This document shows positions 51,745 to 64,000 of a stretch of 64,000 nucleotides of DNA, piece after piece. The stretch comes from Tubulanus polymorphus (taxonomy: Eukaryota > Animalia > Nemertea), in NCBI RefSeq assembly GCF_964204645.1, contig NC_134025.1, positions 14,942,001-15,006,000 on the forward strand. The letters run 5' to 3'. Positions within the stretch are counted from its first letter, which is position 1; each line of letters starts with the position of its first letter. The position numbers and the translations under genes are program-made. The notes beneath the pieces are model-generated. The model had not been told where the DNA came from, did no database searches, and worked only from the letters and a program-made list of their open reading frames with translations.

Positions 51745-51989
51745 GCCTATGTACCTCCATTTGGTCTTGATACGTATGACCGATGGGTGTTCGAAGTTCG
51801 CTGAATTGCTGAAAATGAAATGCTGAACATAATTACTAATGTCTATTTATTTTTGATTGCCCACGATCTTTTTGGGATATTTCGCTTAGTTTTGGGTGTG
51901 CGAACTTCAAATTGATCGGGCGTAGCCACCGGTGCGACAACTGCGACATTTGTCGCACCAATAATTAGGCCTATATAAGGCTTAAAATG

Positions 51990-52711
51990 GGACAGAGAAA
52001 TGCTTAACTTCTCATCAAGTTACAAGTAACATGTAACATTAGGTTGTACTTCATTTTTGGAAAGCCATAAGGATATTTCCACGTTGTAATTTCATGTAAT
52101 CTACTTTGCGAAACTCTCAAAGAATGCAAATATCCTAATGCAGTAACAGTCTGAAACCATTGTAAGTCAAAGTGAAATATGTGTAACGCTATGTAACACC
52201 CTGTAACATGGGTGTAACGGGCTGTAACGCTATGTGAAACCCCTGTTACTCAAAGTGAAAAATGTGTAACACCCTGTAACAAGGGTGTAACAGGCTGTAA
52301 TGCCCTGTAACGCTATGTGAAACCCCTGTAACTCAAAGTGAAATATGTGTAACGCTATGTAACACCCTGTAACAAGGGTGTAACAGGCTGTGACGCCCTG
52401 TAACGCTATGTTAAACCCCTGTAATTCAAAGTAAAATATGTGTAACGCTATGTAACACCCTGTAACAAGGGTGTTACATAGCGTTACACATATTTCACTT
52501 AAACACGGATTTCACATGGTGTAACAAGAGTGTTACAGCCTGTTACTCCCTTGTTACAGGGTGTTAGATATTTCACTTTTAGTTACTCAAGGGTTTCATA
52601 TATTTCACTATGAGTTACATTACACACATATTTCACTTTTAGTAACAAGGGTCTTATATCATGTTACAAGTTACATGTAACGCAATTAAAAGCTAAGCAT
52701 TTTGTGGTCCC
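51990..52711. repeat. Foldback-like element built from TGTAAC-rich ~70-80-bp satellite units
   Basis: Ends GGGACAGAGAAATGCTTA / TAAGCATTTTGTGGTCCC; units switch orientation near 52470; related arrays at 57420-57680 and 60680-60905, and a related end at 56582. Confidence 0.7.
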
Positions 52712-52986
52712 ACTCTAAGCCACTCATGTCAATAATTGAAAAACCCATTATGCTAAAACGTTATAATGAACGTTATTCTGTATATTTAAATGGAGGGGGG
52801 TATCAAGTTCTTTTGAAGATGTCAGTGGTGCTAATATGGAGGCGTTGGTAATGCACTTGAGATTTTCGGTGTAGGCCACATCCAACCCAGTGACTCCAGC
52901 GAGTTTTGTTTATAGTGTTTATTGTATCACATATGGACCATGCACCCGATCTCACAGTATCAAAGTTGCCAAATTCAGAATACTTT

Positions 52987-55220
52987 TTAGGCCAGCCGTA
53001 GGCTGAGCCTATTACTATACAAATGGAGCGAATTTAAATGACATGGTTTCCACACAAAAGGCTCTTTTGCTTGCCAAGTGAGGGCATATTCGAACAAATC
53101 ACGTATTTAAGCGTAATCCATTCTCGGAATCGTAGCGAGCAGAATTTTGAAATAGGGTCTCCTAAAAATGTTTTCTGCATTTTTCACGAAAGTTAAATCG
53201 GGAAAATTTCAATTTTTATCAGCCAATCAGGAAGTTGTGTCTTCCCTGTGATTGGTTTATCTGAAAATATCAGCAGCTGTTCACGTGAATTATCGCGATT
53301 TCATTACTGGCGCTTTTGCGCATGACGTCATGTATCAACACGCGACAATACTTCCGCGTTCGCTACGTGTTCGCTGATTGGCCCATTTACTGGGAAATTC
53401 CACAGAAGCCTAATGTGGTTTGTTACAAGCGCTGTGATTTGCCCGACCCGATTCTGGCATGGCTTTAGCTTAGTGGGTTCGAATCCCTTGACGGGTGAAG
53501 ATGATGGATCCTATCAATATCTATTGAAACAAATAAGTTTCCCGGTTGGGCAGCCGCGGATATATACCGGAAGTGTTCCGGTTCGATATTTCGAGGTTTC
53601 TTTGAATTTTGGAGTGATATTGAAATCCGTTAAATACCAGCGGTAGATTGTGAAAACCCATTGCATGATATTTGTATTACTTAATCAACGAAAAGCGTCG
53701 GGGCCGCGCCAGGAGTTTTCGTGATTCAAGTAGCGCAATAGCCTACTTCTTCGTGTTCGTCCACCTCAATTTTCACTCCGCCGATCTCTGACACGGCTCT
53801 GTCCCCGTCGGCGCTGTGATTGCACTTTCGTACCACCAACATTTTTTATTTCTATATCAGGGAGGTCTGGAGAATAAAAAAGTCAAAATTTGGATATCAC
53901 ATAGGCCTGATTTCATCGAATAAGTCGACCATGGTCGTTACGTTTCCGTACTTATTACCACCTAAAATCGTCTGAACAATTTCGTCACAACCAACATTTC
54001 GTTTACAGAAATCAGGTGTTCACGTGAATCCGCGGTATCGTCTACTGTTTTACTTCCGGGTTTTTAAGATTTAAAATTGTATTTCAAGATCGATTTCTAT
54101 GAAATCTTTAGTTGATTTGGTGTTTGGGAGGAATTTTTATTTGCTCTACAGAAAATTCATCCTTGACAATTGCGCAAGGTTCGCGAAAAAAAGGCTTTAC
54201 CAAATCGGGTGTATGACCTTGATATGCTAATTAGCCATGTGCCTGAATTGCAAATTCAATCAAATTTTATTCTGCCAAAAAATGTTAAATACAATTCGCT
54301 TTCCGAGAGTTAATGGTATGCTGCATGGAACAAAGTTGTTTTGAGATGGGTCTTGAAGCTATTGAGGTCGAGAGATAACCATCTAGATAGTTCGTGAGAG
54401 TTCCAAAGTTTTGAAGACGCTTCAAGGTAATGTCTTGATATTTGTTTTATACGTGTATCTACCCTAGACACATCTTCAGGCCAAAAACTGGCCCTGTCAG
54501 ATTCAAGATGGCCGACTGGCAGCCATTGTTGTTCGCCAAAATCAGCACTTTTTACACATTTTTGAAGTTTTCGAGGGAAATTTTGAAGACACTTTTATCA
54601 ATAACCTTGATCATTCGTATATATTTGTATCCCCCGAGGGCCCATCGGCATGAGAAAAATTGAGTCGATCGGACTCAAGATAGCCGTACTGTGACCTTTT
54701 TTGTTCCCAAAAATGTCAATTTTGGCCTGAATTCTGAGTACTGTAGCTTTCTAATGGTGCGCCATGTTTCATTGCAATTTGTAATGGGTATTCTTTGGAA
54801 AGGGATCTTTTATATCCGAGAGGGTATTTTTGACCAGGCAATTATGACGCACTTGGCAGCCATCTTGGGGTCATCAGTACTCATTCGTAGGTGGAAAAAA
54901 AGTTTTTCCACATCATAATTGATACTTAAGCATATTTTGCTACTATAATCAATTGGAAAGTTGTAGCTCATGACATGTTCTATGATCGAGGTGAGTTTCA
55001 AGCTCATTGGTTTTTTTTATGGCCACCAGGGGGCGTTGAACAATACAATAACTTAGTATTTCTATATTACATTCGTTCCTGCTGTCTGTGTTAACACACG
55101 ATTTTACTATGTAAATGATATTGAGCAGGGAGTGTATATTGATAAATATAACCCACAGATTACATCATTTATAAAAAGCAAATCTGACAGGCTGGCCATT
55201 GTGCCCCTTGGGGCTCTTGT
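52987..55220 (-). mobile_element. 2.2-kb Helentron-like non-autonomous element, copy 1
   Basis: Near-identical to 58276-60495; minus-strand head ACAAGAGCCCCAAGGGGC..GGCCAGCC and tail hairpin ATAGGCTCAGCCTACGGCTGGCCTAA. Confidence 0.8.
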
Positions 55221-58200
55221 TTCATAGTACTCTAGAGCGACTCAAACCGGTATTCTTCTGGTTATATTTCACTGATTCTGTAGGTTTTTTTTGTTCATGA
55301 AAAATGGACCATAATAAGGGATTTGACCAAAAAAATTCTGCTCAAGTGCCAAGACATGGAAACAGAAAATCGAGAGAGTACCGGTATTGATGTACGATAA
55401 GCTTACATTAGTTTATTACGTATTCATCAATAAATGGTCAAAGGCAGATCCAGCCTACCACTTGTATCGAGTGGCTTCTCAGGTTTGCCCTTCTATTTTT
55501 CTAGTTCGTGATTTTGACAGGCTCTTGTACTAACATGAATGTTCTATTCTGGGCAAGTATTCTGGAAGTAGTATAGAAAATGGTCGAAATGAATCTAAAC
55601 GAAAATAATTAACTTCAAATGGGATAGATTTTATGCCCCAAATATGCTTAAATATTGCACCTCAGAACCTTGAAAAATCAATATTTTCTGGGGGAGTGCC
55701 CCCAGGTCCCCCGTTTTGTGCTATGATATAGTTGCCCTTCCAGTTCAGCAGTACTCAGAAACCGCTCTGGGATGGTGAAACATCTGGATCCGTCCCTAGA
55801 CCAAAGATAACCTTAGAGGCATTATATTATCTAGGCCTACAGAAAAATTATTTAAATATGAGCTCTCATAGCCATCAGAACGCATCTCAGATGTTTTAAT
55901 GTTCAAAATTTTCTTCGGGGAGGGCCCCCAAACCCCCCTCTAGACATTGCGCCTTCGGCGCTAGTTTGGATGTGCGCTCCGGACTGTTGCACCATTGAAA
56001 TTTAGGTGGCTGCGCCCCTGCATTTTACATTGTTTTGAAGGATTGATGAATATTCTCGAAAATTGAGCTTTAAATCGGCGAGAAGGACCGCCATTTTGTT
56101 TGTATTTGTATTTTTTCTTTATGCAAATGAGCCATTGCACACATGCGCAATGAGGCGAAGATGTGTCAATTATATCATGGATGAAGCAGCTTCTTGTCGC
56201 CAAGAATCAATCAACGACTCACAATATTACCCTAGAAAGCTGTTTAGTAAATAAACAGGGCTTTGTCAAAGATATCAAAACAATGCGGTTTGGAAATGAT
56301 TTAGGCCTATGATTGCGCAACCATTGCGGCCGTGCCCGCGTAGTGAAACACGTGCGAGCAATGTACTCTCCCCATAAAAAATAAACTTACCCTGATCACA
56401 TGGTACACACTGCTCATTAACAAAAGAAGTAAACAAACTGGAACAAAATGGCAGTCTTTCTTGCCAATTTAAAGCTCCGAAAAAAATCTGAATCACACCA
56501 CCTCGACAGAAAGGAGGTTTCGGAGACTCCAAAAAGTCACAAGACCAATAATAGAGTACAATTGCATGAGTGGCTTATAATGGGACCACAAAATGCTTAG
56601 CTTTTTGTTGCGTTACATGTAACTTGTAACATGATATAAGATGGGCTAACCGCCAGTGTAGCTCCTGTAATAGAAGATAACCCAGGAAGAAAGCCACTAA
56701 ATATTTGGATGGATATATGAAAGCTGTGGGTACTGGAGTGTGTAATGGGTAGTGTAGTGTGATCTGTGTGCATTTGTGGCCAGCACACAGATCACATTGT
56801 TCATTTGGGTTTAGTCCTGGACTCGCGAGATTTTCATCAACACGGAAGTAACGTGTAATAAATGATGATTTGAATTGCATGACTACCTACCACCCCTCAT
56901 TATTGTTGGAAAAGTAAACGTTCCGCACTGACTAAAAATTAGTAATAATAATTAATAACATTTTAGAAATGGCCAGAATTTTAACTTAGGTTCTATCTCA
57001 TTTTTTTTTTTACAATTGCGATTGGTATAAATTTTTTTTAAATGGCCGATAAGGCTTCATGTTTCGTCTGCAATTCACTGCAAATAGTTACGCAACTATG
57101 CACATTTCAGTGTTTTTGGCAGCTGTACACTCAATCGGCACCGTTCGTGACTAGCTTCACTGCGGAATTATCATTAATTAACATCGCCATATCACAACAT
57201 CAACTTATATTGTGCCTTAAAACCCTAACAGCCGAAATAATTGAAATGCACACACGATTTCTATCATTGAAAATTGAGAGAGTGGCCGTGTTTGTGTTCT
57301 GCTGCTTCGCGTAAATCCCGCGCGGTGGCGCCACTTAGCGGAGTGGGGCCGATACGTCTAGTCTGTGTGGGAGAGGAATGCCAGTCAGTGTGCGAAACGC
57401 CTGCTGATCTGCAAAGGTTGAGTGTAACAGGCTGTAACACCTGTAACACTATGTAAAACCCCTGTTACTAAAAGTGAAATATGATTGTGTGTAACTAAAA
57501 GTGAAATATCTGTAACGCTATGTAACACCCTGTAACACGGGTGTAACAGGCTGTAACACCATGTAAAATCCCTGTAAGTGAAACAGGCTGTAACGCCCTG
57601 CAACGTTACAGGGGTTTCACATAGCGTTTCAGGGCGTTACAGCCTGTTACACCCTTGTTGCAGGGTGTTACATAGTGAAACAATTTTAATGTCTTCGATC
57701 TTAGTGGCCGTTGTTTTCTTTTTGCTACGTCGCTTTCGCTACGATATCTCTTAAGTGAACGACTTATGTTATATATCTTACCTATCGGTATCTCTTGCTA
57801 CCGATAACCTATTTATAAACGATTTGCCTAGCTCCTAGAATCCGGGATATAAAAAGTATACTTAACTTAACTCAGTAGTTTGCCTTTATCTGGTATAATA
57901 TGATATATGTTTATTCCATTACCCGATATATAATTTCTTCTATGGTGTGGCTACAATCCTATAGTCGACCCGTCTGATCCAGATCCAATCCCTCGGCTAA
58001 TATCCCGTACGATCCTGATCTGATCTCTCGGTTCTTCTCTCTCTACTACTCTACTAGTTCCCGTTCTCCTCTCTTACTTGGTCCCGTTCTCCCCGAATCT
58101 ACTGAACTAACCTTTTTATCCCCAGAATATCACCCCAAGTCTCAATCCCTTTCCATTAGTTAATTACTAAATAAACTCCCAAACATTCTATATACAATAA

Positions 58201-58275
58201 TATAACTAAAATACTCTATAAATCTCTACAAGTAGAGAGATCGCCACTCAAGACCATGGTTTCAACCAATGGTTA

Positions 58276-60495
58276 TTAGGCCAGCCGTAGGCTGAGCCTA
58301 TTACTATACAAATGGAGCGAATTTAAATGACATGGTTTCCACACAAAAGGCTCTTTTGCTTGCCAAGTGAAGGCATATTCGAACAAATCACGTATTTAAG
58401 CGTAATCCATTCTCTGAATCGTAGCGAGCAGAATTTTGAAATAGGGTCTCATAACAATGTTTTCTGCATTTTTCACGAAAGTTAAATCGGGAAAATTTCA
58501 ATTTTTATCAGCCAATCAGGAAGTTGTGTCTTCCCTGTGATTGGTTTATCTGAAAATATCAGCAGCTGTTCACGTGAATTATCGCGATTTCATTACTGGC
58601 GCTTTTGCGCATGACGTCATGTATCAACACGCGACAATACTTCCGCGTTCGCTACGTGTTCGCTGATTGGCCCATTTACTGGGAAATTCCACAGAAGCCT
58701 AATGTGGTTTGTTACAAGCGCTGTGATTGGCCCGACCCGATTCTGGCACGGCTTTAGCTTAGTGGGTTCGAATCCCTTGACGGGTGAAGATGATGGAACC
58801 TATCAATATCTATTGAAACAAATAAGTTTCCCGGTTAGGCAGGCGCGGATACCTACCGGAAGTGCTCCGGTTCGATATATCGAGGTTTCTTTGAATTTTG
58901 GAGTGATATTGAAATCCGGTAAATACCGGCGGTAGATTGTGAGAACGCATTGCATGATATTTGTATTACTTAATCAACGAAAAGCGTCGGGGCCGCGCCA
59001 GGAGTTTTCGCGATTCAAGTAGCGCAATAGCCTACTTCTTCGTGTTCGTCCACCTCAATTTTCACTCCGCCGATCTCTGACACGGCTCTGTCGCCGTCGG
59101 CGCTGTGATTGCACTTTCGTACCACCAAAATTTTTTATTTCTATCAGGGAGGTCTGGAGAACGATTCAAAATTTGGATATCACATAGGCCTGATTTCATC
59201 GAATAAGTCGACCATGGTCATAACGTTTCCGTACTTATTACCACCTAAAACCGTCTGAACAATTTTGTCACAACCAACATTTCGTTTACAGAAATCAGGT
59301 GTTCACGTGAATCCGCGGTATCGGCTACTGTTTTACTTCCGGGTTTTATTTTAAGATTTAAAATCGTATTTCAAGATCGATTTCTATGAAATCTTTAGTT
59401 GATTTGGTGTTTTGGAGGAATTTTTATTTGCTCTACAGAAAATTCATCCTTGACAATTGCGCAAGGTTCGCGAAAAAAAGGTTTTACCAAATCGGGTGTA
59501 TGACCTTGATATGCTAATTAGCCATGTGCCCGAATTGCAAATTCTATCAAATTTTATTCTGCCAAAAAATGTTAAATACAATTCGCTTTCCGAGAGTTAA
59601 TGGTATGCTGCATGGAACAAAGTTGTTTTGAGATGGGTCTTGAAGCTATTGAGGTCGAGAGATAACCATCTAGATAGTTCGTGAGAGTTCCAAAGTTTTG
59701 AAGACGCTTCAAGGTAATGTCTTGATATTTGTTTTATACGTGTATCTACCCTAGACACATCTTCAGGCCAAAAACTGGCCCTGTCAGATTCAAGATGGCC
59801 GACTGGCAGCCATTGTTGTTCGCCAAAATCAGCACTTTTTACACATTTTTGAAGTTTTCGAGGGAAATTTTGAAGACACTTTTATCAATAACCTTGATCA
59901 TTCGTATATATTTGTATCCCCCGAGGGCCCATCGGCATGAGAAAAATTGAGTCGATCGGACTCAAGATAGCCGTACTGTGACCTTTTTTGTTCCCAAAAA
60001 TGTCAATTTTGGCCTGAATTCTGAGTACTGTAGCTTTCTAATGGTGCGCCATGTTTCATTGCAATTTGTAATGGGTATTCTTTGGAAAGGGATCTTTTAT
60101 ATCCGAGAGGGTATTTTTGACCAGGCAATTATGACGCACTTGGCAGCCATCTTGGGGTCATCAGTACTCAAAAAAAAGTCTTTCCACATCATAATTGATA
60201 CTTTAGCATATTTTGCTACTATAATCAATTGGAAAGTTGTAGCTCATGACATGTTCTATGATCGAGGTGAGTTTCAAGCTCATTGGTTTTTTTTATGGCC
60301 ACCAGGGGCGTTGAACAATACAATAACTTAGTATTTCTATATTACATTCGTTCCTGCTGTCTGTGTTAACACACGATTTTACTATATAAATGATATTGAG
60401 CAGGGAGTGTATATTGATAAATATAACCCACAGATTACATCATTTATAAAAAGCAAATCTGACAGGCTGGCCATTGTGCCCCTTGGGGCTCTTGT
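58276..60495 (-). mobile_element. 2.2-kb Helentron-like non-autonomous element, copy 2
   Basis: Direct repeat of 52987-55220 with the same boundaries and unrelated flanks. Confidence 0.8.
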
Positions 60496-61395
60496 ATAAT
60501 AATAAGCCTAATGGATACTATGAATTGGAACAATGAAGCCTAAAGATGCCAGTTTGAAGGGTCTTGAATGTCGATCTACACTAAATGTTATAAACACAGC
60601 AGATGTTCTGCCCTAAAGTTATATGAAAAATATTTTACAAACAGCATTACTATTTAGCCAAAATAGCTAATTCGTAACAATAGCGTTACACATATTTCAC
60701 TTTGAGTTACAAGGGTTTCACATAGTGTTACAGCCTGTTACACCCTTGTTGCAGGGTGTTACATAGTGTTACACATATATCATTCTTAGTTACTAGGGAT
60801 TTCACATGATGTTACAGGGCGTTACAGCCAGTTACACGCTTGTTACAGGGTGTAACATAACGTTACACATATTTCGCTTTGACTTACAGAGGTTTCACAT
60901 GGCGTTGTTGCACGTGAATTGAGTGGGAGCATTTTATTAAATTAAAGTAGCATTTTAATGTGATGTGATCACTTGTGCTCATAGAGACCATAAGGGATCT
61001 CAGGACCGACTTGACCTCTGCTCAAGGATACTGGGGCCCTTTATCACTTACTGAAAGTTTCTTCTCCCATGGAGGCCCAAGGTAAAGTCTTTATTTTCTA
61101 TTGTCCACGATATTTTTTGTATATTTTGCTTAATTTTGGGTGTGCATACCTCAAATAGGTCTTAATCGAATCAGCAGAGTTGTGCAGTCCAGATAAATCA
61201 TCGTTTTTAGCTCACTTGGGACTATTACAAGCGGGCTATTGTGTTCACTTTTCATCCGTCGTCTGTCCGTAGACGGAATCCAGCTATTTTTTGAAGTTTT
61301 GAAGACGCTTCAATGTAGTGTCTTGATATTTGGGTTACACATGTTTCTACCCTTGACACATCTTAAGCCCAAAAACTGGCCCTGTCTGAATCAAG

Positions 61396-61855
61396 CTGGC
61401 GCGAATCCAGACTATCGCACATGCAGCACGTGCGGTAGTCGCAGTTTTCGAATGCCCTTGAAAAATTGTTGTTACGGGAAAAAAGTAAATAAAAGGGCAC
61501 ACAATTTTTGGGCCATAAAAAATTATTTGCCATCAGTATTAGGACTAAAGCAAAATGTGAATGAAAATAAATTGCCCAAAATCAAAAAAGGCAATCTAAG
61601 GCATTTTCCTTTATTCAAATAGGCACTATTCTAAAAGAGACATTATTGTTGCTCTATAAATCTAATCGAAAAAGGGTAAATTTCACCAAAAATCTAAAAA
61701 GGCACAAGCAAATTGAATTTGAAGGCAAATTAAGTGGCATGATACCAATAAATTGCACTCAAACTCGCTCGCTGGGCATTAATACTGGCCCTTTTCAAAG
61801 TTGGTGCCCTTTTTCACTGTGCTGTAGTCACCGAATGGCCCTGGATCCGTGCCTG
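61396..61855. mobile_element. TIR MITE with 5-bp target duplication
   Basis: Ends CTGGCGCGAATCCAG / CTGGATCCGTGCCTG; TCAAG duplicated; splits a repeat that reads CAGATTCAAGATGGC in uninterrupted copies. Confidence 0.78.
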
Positions 61856-64000
61856 TCAAGATGGCTGACTAACAGCCATTGTTGTTCGCCAAAATCAGCA
61901 CTTTTCACACATTTTTATGGTCGAAGACCACAGGGATCGTCACTGGTAAAAATTCTGCCGTTCACCGAACAACACCGGATATAGTCCCATAATGCTCTAC
62001 TCCCATGGATATAGTCCCATAATGCTGTATCGATATAGAACTGATAATCCGATAACAAGTTGTCTGTAACATGCATTTGCCTATATCCATGATTCTAGCT
62101 ATGAATATCATAGCCTGTTGTACCTAAGGTCCCAAAATCGTGATGAATTATGGAAAGTTTTGAGGCGCACGAAGGGCTCACCATATCAGTGAATTGACTA
62201 TATCGGTTTTACTCGGCAATGAAGTGTTATACCCATCACTATCCTCACAGGTGCGCTTGTCTACTAATACATTCGTAAGTAGTTCATAGATGATGCGCAG
62301 TTTACACTGACAGGGAGAGTATCAGTAGCGTGGTCTCTGCTGTGTTTGTCAGTCGCTAGCCCGTATTTTATTTCTTGAAAGCACTGCGAGTGAAGGATTA
62401 CTACCACTACCACTAGTAGTAGTGCCTGTCACATGAGCACTTCATTCATTGAAGCATCACATACATATAGAACAAAGTTTCATTGGTTAATGTGTGGGCT
62501 ATACCATTATGGAAAATTACATGGACGATAACACTATGCTTTTTAGGGAAGGTAGACCCACGCATTTTATTATTGATAAAGATCGTTTTATTGAAATAAA
62601 CTAAGACAAGAACACTACAATGTCTTTGGAGAACAAATAATCAGTTTATTTTCACAATTCATTTTTATCTCGGGCGAAGCCCGAGATGTTGTAATGGGTC
62701 CAAAAATCGAATTTTTGCTGACAAATGAGGTTATATCTTTTACACAAAGTCATACAATCTACTATGTTCATGTGCAAAATGTAGCTTGATCATGCGGCTA
62801 AAATCTGTTGGAAATGGAATTTTGAATATCGCGTACGTTTAAGAGAAATCGACGAATTTGTGGCGATTTTTCAAGAAATTTCAAGGAGCATTTTGTTTCA
62901 TAAAACGTACAACGTTACATTGAAGTAAAATAACTGCTCCCTGCGTTTGGCTGAGCTCCCGCTGTCAATCAATGTAAGGGCATATTCGATTGACGCAGAC
63001 AAACCGGTCTTTTAATCTTCTCATCTATTAATCTGCTCGGTTCTAGTTTCTCATTTCCCAGTCATGGGAGAGTCTTATATGTTTATTTTTAATTTGATAG
63101 CCGTAGTATCGATTCCGTCTCTCCATATCTATTTCATTATGCAAATAACCGAAGATTCAATCGATACGCTACTTCACGGAAGATTATGCGCGCACAATCG
63201 AATAAGCCCAAACCTCGTCTCGCTTCAAGTTTTTAGTTAGCGATATTTTACTTACTATACAACGGCACGCATAATCCTTTCAGTATGATATCCTGACAAT
63301 GTGTTGAACTTGATAAAACCTCACTTTGAACGCTAAAGATCACTATAAATGTAAAAAAAACTACCAAAAATCACAAATTTAGCGATGACGCTCGAAGCAG
63401 CTAACGGATGTAATGACTGGTGCCGGGTGTCATCACTTTGTTGTTGAGTTCAAGACTCTTAAGGTGAATTTATTGCAGGCTACACTGATAAATATGAAAT
63501 AATATTATGAAATAGAATTGATTTTTGAAGGACTACACTTGTAGATTCATAATAAAAATATGAAAAATACCAGGACTCGAACCAGCAATCGAAATTGGAC
63601 CGTCAAGTGCTGCCACCATGTGATACCTGGCAACCAGTCTTTACATCTTCAGCCGTTGCAAAATGTTTTTTGATAATTTTAGGACACTTATAGTGATTTC
63701 TAGCCTTTGCAGTGAGGTTTTATCATATCCAACATAACGGTAGGTTATCATATTTAAAGGATTACGCGTGACGATATATATAGTAAGTAGAATATCGCTG
63801 ATTGAAAACTTGAAGCGAGAGATTTTCATTGCAAATGAACTGGAGCATGGCGGATTTAGGTTCCAACTTCCGGTTCTGACTAGCGCCATCAAATGATTCA
63901 AGAACTTGCCGTATTGCCGCGATGATTGCTGATTAGATTTCAATGATGTTGTTGACCGAAATCAGCAGATTTTACACATCCATGAAGTGTTGAAGGAAAA

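Noticed and set aside
53460-53490. tRNA gene
   Set aside because: Only a B-box/T-arm-like GGGTTCGAATCCC with a truncated 5' part; no cloverleaf can be built.
52987-60495. Segmental duplication or LTR pair
   Set aside because: Both copies stop at Helentron-like ends, lack TG..CA termini and enclose no gag/pol, so two insertions of one element fit better.

Overview
Animal (probably invertebrate) genomic DNA with two parts. (1) 1-~24400 is a very AT-rich nest of decayed Polinton/Maverick-like (adintovirus-type) endogenous viruses. Element A (window start to 5624) has a protein-primed PolB. Element B (~5625-18919) has an integrase chromodomain remnant, A32-like ATPase, Zn-finger gene, major capsid, a block of membrane-protein genes, penton, a second pPolB and a terminal hairpin. 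A LINE RT fragment, an inverted partial paralog C (19644-23920) and scrambled pieces follow. The main observation is a LAGLIDADG-containing intein (938-1989) at the YFD|TD catalytic motif of pPolB-A. From memory it resembles giant-virus PolB inteins, and the intein-free allele lies 13 kb away in pPolB-B. Most viral genes also start with ATAAATG, like the poxvirus late promoter, which suggests a virophage-like dependence on a large DNA virus. (2) 24400-64000 is repeat-rich host DNA: a Zator-like transposase pseudogene, DIRS and CR1 RT remnants, a near-complete Merlin element, Harbinger/piggyBac/hAT-like MITEs and Helentron-like non-autonomous elements. It also holds one host gene, a predicted 3-exon Cip/Kip CDK inhibitor on the minus strand. 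All calls were made by eye; no searches were run.
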